NCBI RefSeq assembly: GCF_000315625.1
Contig: NW_005434602.1
Location: 243,848-307,847, forward strand
Source of the DNA: Guillardia theta CCMP2712
Taxonomy: Eukaryota > Protista > Cryptophyta
DNA: 64,000 nucleotides
Direction: 5' to 3'
The position numbers and the translations under genes were made by a program. Positions 45,398-57,500 of this stretch are shown in pieces. The notes below the pieces were generated by a model. It saw only the letters and a program-made list of their open reading frames with translations, searched no databases and was not told the origin of the DNA. Within the stretch, counting starts at the first letter, position 1. Every line of letters starts with the position of its first letter.

Positions 45398-45414
45398 AAT
45401 TTGTTGATAATTAT

Positions 45415-45657
45415 GATGAAAAGAGGAGGGAGCAAGTGGTGGAGTTGATGAATATGATGAAGAGAGGAGCCTGGGAGTAGCTGGTGGAGTTAATGAATAT
45501 GATGAAGAGAGGAGCCTGGGAGCAAGTGATGGAGTTAATGAATATGATGAAAAGAGGAGCCTGGGAGCAAGTGATGGAGTTAATGAATATGATGAAAAGA
45601 GGAGCCTGGGAGCAAGTGATGGAGTTAATGAATATGATGAAGAGAGGAGGGAGCAAG
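45415..45657. repeat. 45-bp non-coding minisatellite, ~5 copies
   Basis: Unit gagcaagtgatggagttaatgaatatgatgaaaagaggagcctgg, immediately after the methyltransferase stop. Confidence 0.9.
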
Positions 45658-46588
45658 TAATGCAGTTGTATCTGATAACTTTACTTCACCTCCTACACAC
45701 CATGAAAGTCGTTCCGACTGAAGTCGGCCACTTGCGTGCATTGAATTCCTGCTGAGACTGGACTTTGTTGAAGATTGGAGGGAAGCGAATAATATTGGAA
45801 TGTTACTCTGTAATTTGAAACTTTCAATGAACTCAAGTGCACTGTAGCTTTCTGTGTTTGTGTTAGTTGGTCGGGGTATGCATTTATCGAAGGGTGGGGT
45901 CATGCACCCTACCCCTTGTTTCTAAGAAAATCAGTTGTTATTCCCTGGGTCATAACGATTCAAAGGGTGGTAATATACCACAAAAGCAAGCAATGTTCTC
46001 TTCGACAAATGGGGGTGGGTGCATCGTTGAATTGCCATGGGTGGGGTGCTTGTCCTCATTTAGATGAGATAGGTAGGGTATAGTAAGTAGCAGGTTTTAT
46101 TGGTAAATGTGGGGGTACTATTGTCGAAAAGAGGGGGTATTCTGACATATAGGGTGAAGAACATGGGTGGGTTGGGAATGTGTGATGACGGGGTGAGGGT
46201 AGAGATGTGCGAATGACGATGAAAATGCTGGCTAGACTGAGCAAGGGAGGGAGGAGGAGGGGGGGAGGGGAGGAGGAGGTAGGAGAGGAGCAGAAGAAAG
46301 GAATGAGGGGAACGGCAGATCAAGGCACATTCATGGGGAGGGAAAGGACAAGAAATCGAGATAGAGACTTTTTGAGGTTATCAGAATTCTAGAACTTTTC
46401 ACTTCCAAGACAGGGCAAGTGTTGGATGAAGGGTAGAATTTGAAAGGTCGATCGACTGATTTTCATGGAGGATATTCAAAATCCTAGAATCCGCATGCAC
46501 AAATGCCTCACCTGGTCTGATCTCACCATGTTTCAGGGCTCATGGCTGATAGAATGTGGTGGAAGATCCAGTGAGATCTTGCTCAGTC

Positions 46589-49500
46589 ATGGACAGGAGA
46601 GACCAGCAGCGGTCAGACCTCTCCGAGCAGAGGAATGATTACCACGCAGAGCAACAGTTTCCAGCTTCTGCAGTCTCCTTCCAACCCTTCCAGCATCCTG
46701 GCTACAATGGCACTGACTACAGTCACCCTCCTGCCCCGCTCCTCAGCCCTCCGTCCTCCACCGGTTCAGCCAAGATCACCCCGACGCCTCCTATGCATCC
46801 CCCTCCTCTCAACTCGCAGATTGTACATGCACGCAGCTCGCAACAGTCATCCGTCTCGTCTTCACCAAAGTTCTCGGTGGATTCGATCGAAAGTCATCGA
46901 CTGTTCTTCAATCCTTCACACGTGGGAGGGGTAGGTGGAGGACAGGCAGGGGCTCCATCAGCAGCGGGAGCGGAATCAGCGGCAGGACAGGGGTCAGGAG
47001 GACCTGGGGCAGACGGGGGAGCCGGGGCAGGGCGATACGGGATGAACACAAGTGTCGATAAGATGCCGCACATGAGAACTTCGTGGAGTGCTGCGGGCTC
47101 CCCTTTGACCAGCGTAGCTCAGGACAATCTTAAGAGGAGAGTTTTCTCAGTGAGAGACGTTCATGACTACATCGCTCACAAGAACAAGGCGGATGTCAAC
47201 ATTCAGACAGACCCGCCGACTAAGAAGAGGTGGGTTGTAAGGGTACGATGCGGACCGTTAGTGACAGAGGTGTGCCTAGGTTTCAGACATTGGTGTGCTT
47301 GTGGAGAAACAAGTTCACAGTGATGATTGCTTTGTTGCTGGTTTCGGCTGCCGTCTGGAAGCTCAGGGATCAATACGAGACTATCACGGCCCTCAACGTG
47401 GAAAGGTCAAGTCTGATTGCTATCAAGCATCAACTTGAGAATACATGTCACGATATGGTGAGAGAGGGAGTGTCGACAGAACTTGTCTCTCTGAGATGTA
47501 TTTGATCTGCCAGGTCGAGCTGTCGAGGAAGGAATCAGAGGTGAACACCCAGAAGCGCATCGAGTCTCTCGTTGAGCTCCACAGGAAGGTGAAGTGACCC
47601 CTTCCTTGCAAATTGTTCACAGTGTGTCTTTGGCTTGTTTGAGGGCTTTTTTCATGTAGGAGTTGGACACTTGCCGCACAGAAATCAAGAGGATGAAGGA
47701 AGAGAGGGATGAAGAGTTGAGAACGAAACGGCAAGAGGTCGATAACTCGTGTGCTTACCTTGCTCGAATGAGAAACATAGCAGATTTTTGATCATAGGAA
47801 AGCAAGAAATAACCAGCTCGACGAACCTGTCGAGAAAGAAGTTGGACAAATAGATCCATCAATGTCTCTGGACCATGAAGAAGTGGCGCAACCTCAAGGA
47901 ACTGTCAAGAACATTAGATCGTTGTCAACCGGCGAGGCAAAAGTTGCAAACATGACCAGCGATTCAGCATCAGGCATGCCGTCAGCGGGTGAACATCCCC
48001 GTCAAAATGGAGAAGCTGCCTCAGAATCTCCTCTTTCTGACATCCATCCGGTGATGCTTGCGCATACTTCGCTTCTCCAATTGACGTTCCTGCAGCAAAA
48101 CTTCCGGAGCGAGAGAGATCGAAGGCGAGCGGATGAGAGAGAAAAGAGCTTGAAGAAGCGTATGCTGCTCAATCAAGCTCGAGAACGCATGAAGCAAGAG
48201 GCAAGTGAGAGAATTCGACGAGAGTAAGTGAAAGATCTCAGGTGGTGTGTTTTGTTCATGCGTTCTGCAGAAAAGCAGCGAAAGAGGAAACAGAGCGCAA
48301 GAGGGAAGAGTTAATCAGAGAAGAGGTCCCGTTGCTTTTGTTGTACTCATCTCTCATCAAGACATGATTTTCAGAAACGAGCATCGATCCCTTCATTCAA
48401 GCAGTTGGGGAAAGTTTCATCTTTGAAGGATGTTCAACGACCAAAGACTATCATTCGATCTTTTAAGGGAAGACGAGGAGACGAACTTGGAGGAGGGAAA
48501 GCGGAAGAAGAGCAGCTGTTGAACGATGAGACCAAGCTTGGGGGTCAAGACAAGGAGGCAGATATTGATACAAGAAATGATTCTTCAACTGAAGGTTTCT
48601 CCTCTGCACTTCCTCCTACTCAATCTGGCAACGAGACGGCAGATCTGTCCAGATTGCAAGCGCAGACTCAGGAACTTGTTGTTGACATCACAGATCGCCT
48701 GAAACGAGGATCGCTGCAGTTAGTGAAAGAAGACTTGTCCCTCCTCCGAGCCCATCTCGAAGTCACCAAGGACACACATAATGAGCAGACTCTGTCTGAG
48801 CTAGAAGGCTTGTACCTAAAACGAGTCAACGAACAAGTCGGAGATCGAGCTCTCGCTGAGTTCGGTGAGGCACTGGGGATGAGGAACATTCATGTGGCAG
48901 AGAGCATGCTCGATCGTGCTGTGGAAGCGTTCAAGAGGGCAGGAGTCAACAGAGAGGCGGAGGTGAGTTCGAGTCCTCCTTTGAATCGGAGCTGAAGTGC
49001 TCAACGAGCAGGTCAAGGAGATGAGGGAGCGACTGAAGTCTCTCAGGGAGGGCTCCATGCATCCTCTTAACTTGGACGAGTTCATGCCAGACGGTCAGTC
49101 CCGAAGAAAAGTGACGAGTTTTAGAGGTCCAGTGACGTTTCAAGCAGATATTTTGAACCTGGCTGAAGATTCTGGAAACCGGTTGCAGGAAGCTGAGAGC
49201 AATCAATTTGTTCAAGAGCAGCCGACCGTCCTGCCAAGGGAGAAGAGTGTTCAAGGAGAGATAGTTAAGGATCCTACAGAGCTTCAAAGAGAACGCAAGA
49301 CTCCAGGCATGACGATCCCTCAATCTGAAAACAGAATTCAGCATGAATCGGTCACGAATGGCAACTCTGCACAGGATTCTTTATCAGAAAGGATTGCTGT
49401 CAATAGCCACACGGACAAGAAGCGAGAACTGCATTCATTTGGAGATATCGATCTGAACAATGATCAACTCAAGGAACCCCGACTTGCAGTCACAAAGGAG

Positions 49501-51353
49501 CAAAACGTCGAGATGCATGATCATTCATCCAGTGAGGCGCAAGCTCACATGAGGGATTCAGGGCAAGTTCGAGCCGAACCAACTGAGCTTCCACAACACG
49601 AAGATCTGATCAAGTCCGATACTAACAAACAGAGAATCAACTTGCCGCCAACAAATGAAGCAGCAGCAAGACAGTCACCGTCTATTAATGAAGAACAATT
49701 GAAACAAATTTCAACTCCAAACAAATTTCAAGATATTCCCAACACCTCAGCAGAGCAGCCGACAAAGGAAAAATTGACACCACATAACATAGAGAGGCAT
49801 ATAGATGCTAACGATAAAGCCCAGGCAGGAAGCCAGCAGGGCGGCAACGGCCACCCGCAGCCAGAGCATGGAGCAGCAAGCGCGGAGAGGCAGCAGGCGA
49901 CCAGGCCGGAGGAGGCAGCAGGGAGCGAGGAGCAGGAGCAGAGCAAGGGACAAGCTCAGGCGGGACCCTCGGCCACGGGCGAGGCAGGGGCCGGGGAGAG
50001 CCAAGGGGTCAGGGCAGCAGACGGAGCAGCCCAGGCAGGAAGCCAGCAGGGCGGCAACGGCCACCCGCAGCCAGAGCATGGAGCAGCAAGCGCGGAGAGG
50101 CAGCAGGCGACCAGGCCGGAGGAGGCAGCAGGGAGCGAGGAGCAGGAGCAGAGCAAGGGACAAGCTCAGGCGGCACCCGCGGCCACGGGCGAGGCAGGGG
50201 CCGGGGAGAGCCAAGGGGTCAGGGCAGCAGACGGAGCAGCCCAGGCAGGAAGCCAGCAGGGCGGCAACGGCCACCCGCAGCCAGAGCATGGAGCAGCAAG
50301 CGCAGAGAGGCAGCAGGCGACCAAGCCGGAGGAGGAGGCAGGGAGCGTGAAGAAGCATGGGGGTGGAGTAGAGGAGCATGCAGCCGAGGCTGTCAAGGAG
50401 CAGAGCAAGGGACAAGCTCAGGCGGGACCCGCGGCCACGGGCGAGGCAGGGGCCGGGGAGAGCCAAGGGGTCAGGGCAGCAGACGGAGCAGCCCAGGCAG
50501 GAAGCCAGCAGGGCGGCAACGGCCACCCGCAGCCAGAGCATGGAGCAGCAAGCGCGGAGAGGCAGCAGGCGACCAGGCCGGAGGAGGCAGCAGGGAGCGT
50601 GAAGAAGCATGGGGGTGGAGTAGAGGAGCAGCAGGGAGCGAGGAGCAGGAGCAGAGCAAGGGACAAGCTCAGGCGGGACCCGCGGCCACGGGCGAGGCAG
50701 GGGCCGGGGAGAGCCAAGGGGTCAGGGCAGCAGACGGAGCAGCCCAGGCAGGAAGCCAGCAGGGCGGCAACGGCCACCCGCAGCCAGAGCATGGAGCAGC
50801 AAGCGCGGAGAGGCAGCAGGCGACCAGGCCGGAGGAGGCAGCAGGGAGCGAGGAGCAGGAGCAGAGCAAGGGACAAGCTCAGGCGGGACCCGCGGCCACG
50901 GGCGAGGCAGGGGCCGGGGAGAGCCAAGGGGTCAGGGCAGCAGACGGAGCAGCCCAGGCAGGAAGCCAGCAGGGCGGCAACGGCCACCCGCAGCCAGAGC
51001 ATGGAGCAGCAAGCGCGGAGAGGCAGCAGGCGACCAAGCCGGAGGAGGGGGCAGGGAGCGTGAAGAAGCATGGGGGTGGAGTAGAGGAGCATGCAGCCGA
51101 GGCTGTCGAGATGTCGGAGGCAGGAGGGACGTCAGGGTTTGGTGAACCCCCGGAAGGCTCGTTGGAGTCCGTGAAATCGAGGATGCTCAATATTCAGAGC
51201 CATCGGCAGTTTTTCGAGGAGCATCATAAGAGGTCGATGTCTCAGGAGGGCAGCGATTGCGGTCATGTGTCGGGAGGTGGACGGGCTGCTGAAGGTGGTG
51301 GAGACGGCGGGGCCAGCATGGAAGGATTGAAGTTTCAGCACAAGATCAAGTGA
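46589..51353 (+). CDS. Large spliced single-pass membrane protein with coiled coils and Gln/Ala/Gly/Glu-rich tandem repeats
   Basis: Pro/Ser-rich N-terminal exon, TM-like FTVMIALLLVSAAVW (~47315), coiled-coil exons, and a long exon from ~49012. There is a frameshift within the repeats near 50628. Confidence 0.55.
49819..51107 (+). repeat. Coding tandem repeat of 210/252-bp units (~6 copies)
   Basis: Unit spacing read from antisense ORF ends: 49956, 50166 (+210), 50418 (+252), 50669 (+251), 50879 (+210). Confidence 0.9.
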
Positions 51354-51527
51354 GGGAGGAGGAAGAGAAGACGGGAAGGTGTTCGAGCAAGTTAGAGAGG
51401 AGGAGCGTGTCAGCGGGGCGCCGAAGGGGAGGGGGGGGGGGGGAGGAAACTTTCAAGTTTTCCAAGCTCGTGTGTGAGGGAGGTGAATTATCATTGAGAG
51501 GACGTAGAGGTTTCAGTACATGGGCTG

Positions 51528-54500
51528 CTACTGCTTCTGCACTCTCACTACAGTCCTGACAGCCGTCGCTCCAGCCAGCCCTCCTGACTTGAACATCTGC
51601 TCTTGTGGACACCAGCGCACTGCTGAGGACGCATTCATCCCTCCTCCTGCCCCTGCCGCAGTGAACGAGCCTCCGATGAGCAAGCAGTCGTTGAGGACGA
51701 GCATGGAGAACACGGGTCCGTTCACACCTCCTCCTACTGCCTCCCACCTGCCGTGCGAGAACCTCGCAAGGTGCGGGCAGACGTTCCCTGCTGCGCTCTC
51801 AAACGTCCCTCCTGCGTACAACACCCCATCATACAGCGCCAGCCCGTGCACGTCCCCGTCCAGCACCCCCAGCGCCTGGAACTGACTGCCGTCCCACCTG
51901 GCCACCTTAGCCGCCACGCTGCCTCCTGCCCCCACAAAGTCGCCGCCGAGGAAGAGCTGGTCCTCGTATACGAGCATGGCCAGCACGGACCCCCTGACCC
52001 CTCCCTCCATCCCCAGCCACTCCTCCCCGTTCCACACAGCCACCCCCTGAGACGTCACGTTGCAGACTGAGCTGAAGCGTCCTCCGATGAACAGGAACGA
52101 GCCGTTCACTGCGCTGCTCAGCACGACCCCGTTCAGCCGGCACCCGACTGCACTCCAGCTGCCGCCATCCCAGCTCGCCAGCCCTCCCGTGTTGGCTGCT
52201 CTCGCCTTGGCCTGGTAGGCGCGAGTGAAGACCCCGCCAGCAACGAGGGAGGACCCGTACTCCACCAGCGTGTGCACTGCTCCGTCCAGCCCGTTCCCCA
52301 GCTTGGTGCAAGCTGAGCCATCCCATGAGAGGATGTGGTTGACTCTAGAGCCGCAGGCGTCCAGGAACGAGCCGCCGACGATGACATGGTGGGGGCGAGC
52401 AAGGAGGGAGAGCGCAGACCGGGAGAGCTTCAGTCGGGAATCAGTGAAGAGCGTGTAGCCGTCCTGCTCGGGCCCTGACCAGAGGCTGCCGACTCCCTCC
52501 TCGTCCACATCAGCAAGGAAGACATCGTTGAAAGACGCAGCTGCCTCCTTGACTCCCGAGCGAGTCAACGATCCGTCCATGACCGTGACCGTGACGTTGT
52601 GCAGGCCGACGACGTCGGAGGTGGAGCAGTGGAGCTCGACGTCGGAGAGGAAGGAGACGTTGACACACGGCCGGTCGCCTACGAGGACAGACAGGTCGCT
52701 GTAGCTCGAGGCCTCGTAGCCTCTGCTGTACAAGGAGCCGAAGAAAACTCCCGTCACTGTCAGGCGGACTGGGACAGACGACGGGGAGACGGCGGGAGAA
52801 ACCTGAAAGACTCTTGGGTGAGGATAGATCCTGAGGTTGCTGTAAACCGACTGCCCCTCATTCCTCCCCCCCAGCTGGGTCCCCCCGTTGTCAAACGGCG
52901 TCACCTTGAGCAAGAGCTCGCCGTGCATGTCGGGGTTCAGCAGGAAGGTCAGGGAGCCGCTGGAGTCGATGCTGGGCTGCTGCTGGAAGAAGCCAGGGGC
53001 AACTCCCTGGACGTCGATGGCGAAGGAGACCTGCTGGAGGAACTCGTCCGGAGTCCCTACGGAGAAGTTGAGGAGGAACCCGGGGATAACGATCCTCTCC
53101 GCTCTCTCGCTGCACGAGACGCTCGGCATGACGGAGAGGAACGGCGGGTTGTTGATGGCGGCGACGGCAACAACTAGCTGCTGCTGGGGGCTATGATCCT
53201 GCCTGATGAAAGCTGTGGTGCTGGCCACAGACCCGTTGAAGGGGTAGACCCAAGTGATGGTGTCGTTGAACCCGTCGGTCGCGCTGCGATTGTTCCTGAG
53301 GGCGATGGTTAACGCGACTGCCCCGCTGACGTTGGCGTTGAGCAGCAGGTCGACTGTGCCGTTGAGGTAGACCGTTGGATCCTGCGCGAAGAACTTGCTG
53401 GAGTTCATGGAGACAATGTAGAAGCTGCAGCGAGAGAGTGAGAAGAAAGCGACGAGACGAGTGCAATTGAAGACAAGTAGAGAGATGAAGACAAGTAATG
53501 CGCAAACAAGTTTGACAAGGAGAAATTTGCATGCCGTAACAAGTTAAGTCGAAAACAAGTCAACATGCAGTCGAGTAGAAAGGCAGAGCAGGAGGAAACA
53601 GGTAAACAATTGTCAAGTCAAAGAGGAGGAAGAGGATGGTTGGGTGGTCAACAGTCACTGCTCTACCTATAAGTCTCGTTCCGCTCGTCCAGGGGGATGG
53701 TGGATAGGTTGACGTAGACAGCCACTTGGCGGACCCTGACCTGGCTCCTGCTCTCGTTCACTTCGATCGACCTCAGCACCTGGTACTCCGGGTAGCTGTA
53801 GGCCGGGACGATGAAGAGGAAGAAGCTCCTGAACGACGCGTTGACCCCGCTGTACATCGTCCCTCCGTTGTCCTGCATTCTGATCGTGACTTCGAACATC
53901 CCGTTGACCAACGGAGCGGTCGTGAGGGTCAGGGCCTTCGAGCTTGACCTGCCAGCTGGGGAGAAGGTGGAGTTTGTGATGAGCTGGGAGGGGCTGAAGG
54001 CAGAATGGACAGCTCGAACTTGCTGGATGTCGAACGTGTAGTCTTGACTGAGCTCTAGAGGACTGCCGGGGTCGATGTGGAGGAGAAAGTTGGGCAAGAC
54101 AAGCAGCCCCTGACTCTCGTACATGGTGACCTTGGTCGCAGCCAGGTCAAACAAGGGCTGGTGGTTTCGAGGGACCACAGTCAACGTGAAGTTCTTCACT
54201 ACGAAGTTGACCGAGCCGTCAACTTGACTGATAGGCCCGTCGTCGATGACCGTTACTACGATGTCGGAAGTGAACCGACGGCCTGGGAGGGAGGCGAAGG
54301 TGATGATGCCTGTCTTGGAGCCGTCGGAGGAGAGGAGGAGCTGAGGAGGCTTCGCATACTGGTCGAGGTTGGTGCAGGTGAACCTGAGCGAGAGCTTCTG
54401 GCTGGCCTCGTCAGCTGGGCCCGGGCTGACGTTGGTCGCGAACACTAGCTGCTGGGAGCCAAGGTCCTCCCCGACGACAAGGTTGCGGACGTCGAGGGAG

Positions 54501-57500
54501 GGAGGCTGGTTGACTGGGTTGACGGACAGGTGAACCTTCTTGAGGGCTGAAGCACCTCCCCTGTTGTCCTCAAGCAAGGTAGAGGAGACGACGACGCCGT
54601 TCTGGAAGGCGTTGGGAGTGAAGGAGAGCGAGCCATCAGTCCCCAGCTCGAGTGGAGCTGACAGGAGGTTCGGGTTGTCAGTAGCATCCGTTCTCAGCTG
54701 GAATGAGATCTCTTGACAAGCTGGGGGGAAGATGTCAAAGCTCATGCTTCCGTCTGCCACGTGGGTGAGAGTTGGGAGAGGTGGGAAGGGGGCGCAAGTG
54801 AACTCGGCCCTGTCGACCGTTCCGACGACCGAGACGTCGCAGTAGGTCTGCTTGCACGTGCAGTAGCGCATGTACAGGCAGTCTTCGGTGCAGCCTGGAA
54901 GCTGCAGGAGCTTCTGGACGGAGCTCTCGAGCACGACGTCTCGAGCTCCGCACTTGGCTCGCGTCTTGACCGAGCGTGACAGGCCGAAGGCGAGCGGCTG
55001 GTAGACCTTGTCGGTCTGCAGAAGGTCCATGGAGACTATGTCTTGGAAGAAGAAGTCAGACTGACGGGGGGCAACGGAGCTGTTGCGGTCGTAACGGATC
55101 ATGGACAAGGTTCTGTCCAGGTCTGCAGTGACGTACACGTACGACTGGTTGAGGAAGGAGGAGCTGGAGAGGGAGGAGGCGCCGGCGAGGCCGACGACGA
55201 GGTCGAAGTGGAAGTGATAGAGGACGAGGGAGTTGCTCCCATCGGTCACGAGGAACAAGGTCTCGTTCGTCACTTGGAGGGTTCGCAAGTCTCTGACCAG
55301 CCCCAAATTCAAGGGGCAGGCGCGGCTGTGAATGAGAAGCTCGCTGTCTGCCACCGGCTCGTACCTCAGAGCCTTGTTGGTTCCCCTCGTGATGGCTGTC
55401 AGGTTTCCAAACGTCATTGAGGGCTCCAGGAACTGCAAGACGTTGGTGTCGAACGCACGATTGTAGCACGAGCTTCTGTTCACGATCTCGTTCTGTGCTA
55501 CCGCCTGACAGGCTCCGCTGCCCACGGCGAGGTAGAGCTCCTCCTGGAACTCAAACATGTCTAGCACAGTGTCCACTCCCAGATCAGGGACGAGCACAGC
55601 CGTCTGCTTCCTGGTCAGGTTGTGTGCACCGCTGGGAGACACAGTGAGGCGATAGAGGGAAAAGCCGGTTTGAAGCAAGGAAGGGTCGAGCTGGGAGGGA
55701 GAGGTACCGCTGACTACCAGCAGCACACTGCTCACGGCCGCCCATTCGTACATGGCGACAGCAGCGACGTTGGGGAGCATGATGGTGTCGACTAGAGTGA
55801 ACAGACCGGACCGAGCTTGCAGGAACTTGTTGAACACGGAGAGAGAGTAGGAGAAGAGTTTGACCTCTCTCGCGTCGTCGACGAACGTCAGGAAGTTTGA
55901 CGTGCCTTGCAGAGAGGCGAAGGAGACGTCGGTTGACCTGTTGAGCTTGACAACCTGAAAGATCTGGAACCCGTCCCCTGCAGCCACTGCAGACCCGTAG
56001 TTGCTCCATCGGTAGATGATAGCGACACGGGCAGGTCCCCTCCTTGTGATGATGGTTCGGTTGCAGTCACAGCTGAACGTGTAGTTGGCAGAGCATGTCT
56101 TCACGTCCTCTTTGTAGCACGTTGTCGTGTTGAGGAACATTCGATGGGTAGTCCTGTTGACGCACGTCACGTTCAGCTCAGTCGCGCCCGAGCAGCTGAC
56201 TAGGTCAAGAAAATTGGTGTCGTAGGAGGTGCCGTTGGTGCACTCCGAGGTGAAGTCACTTGACGCGTGTGCGGTCTGGTTGTCAAAGGCATCTGCCGGA
56301 GGGCAGGTGACGTTGCTGCTGGACTGGTTCCAGGGGGAAACAGAGGAGTTGGAGGAGCAGGAGAAGGAGGTAGTCCTTCTAGAGCAGGACTGGATAAGGT
56401 TGGTACGGACTTGACCTTCCTCTGAGTTGACAGTGACAAGGTAGGAGAACCCATCGATGTCAAAGTGAAGCATCTCCTTCACTGAGAACTGCGAGGGGAG
56501 CCAGAGGTCGTAGTCTGCCAGGTAGCTCTGCCCACTCGGGAGCGCTGAAGGTACCCTGCCATGAGGGACGAACGAGCTGCTGGTCGCGTTCCACCGGAAG
56601 ACTTTGATGGGATCGCAGGGCACGGAGTCCGGCCAGAGGTGCCCGACGACTAGGTAGAGCTGCTGCTGACCGTCCAGGTCGGGGGTGGAGAAGGAGAGGA
56701 GGGAGCTGGGAAGGCAGAGGCTGTTGGTGATCTCCTGGACAGTAACGAAGTTCGCGATGAACTCATCCCATACCATGACCACCACGACCCCAACCTCCTT
56801 CCTCTTCGTCGCTACTGCCATGTACTTCCTGGCACCCTCCTCCCAGGACGCGGTTGCTAGCGTCTCGTTGTACGGCTCCGGCAGCGCGAAGAGTCGCTTC
56901 GGGAACTTTCCGTTCACGTTGTTGTTGACGCGGGTCAACGAGCTGTTGAGGATGAGGGAGGAGACGTTGCGCTCCCCGTTCTTGATCCTGTCGATGTAGT
57001 TGAGGGCGGTGCCGTTGAAGTGAACGACAGCAACTGCCTGGTCCCTCCAGCCCGTCACAAACACGAGGCTGCGAGCCGCCTCGTAGGAGACGTCGGAGGC
57101 TCCGTCCAGACCGTCGACGACTCCACCGCTGATTTCCATCTTGTCAAACAGAAAGTCCCTGCAGACAAACGAGTCGAGCTTGTCGTTCTGAGTGACGATG
57201 GAGAACAAGGCCAGAACGTTCAAGCTGGGGCTCACGGCGAAGAGATGCTGCTGGTCAGGCGTCAGTGCCAGGGCTGACCAACCTGGGACAGTCAAGCCAG
57301 ACTTTTGAAAGATCCCAGGACAAGTCGAGTTTGACTGGAACAGGTAGACGAGCTTGTCGTTGCTATTCCGCGAGAAGACTGAGATCCCTCTAGAGTACTT
57401 GCTCGTCACCAGCACGTACTCTACCCTGCCGATCCGTATCGTCAACACCGACGTAGGCGCCTTGAGCCCTGAGACAGAAGACGGGCTGGTGGAGTAGATG

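Noticed and set aside
45411-45656. 81-aa hydrophobic repeat ORF
   Set aside because: Translation of a 45-bp minisatellite with a TTG start and no gene context.
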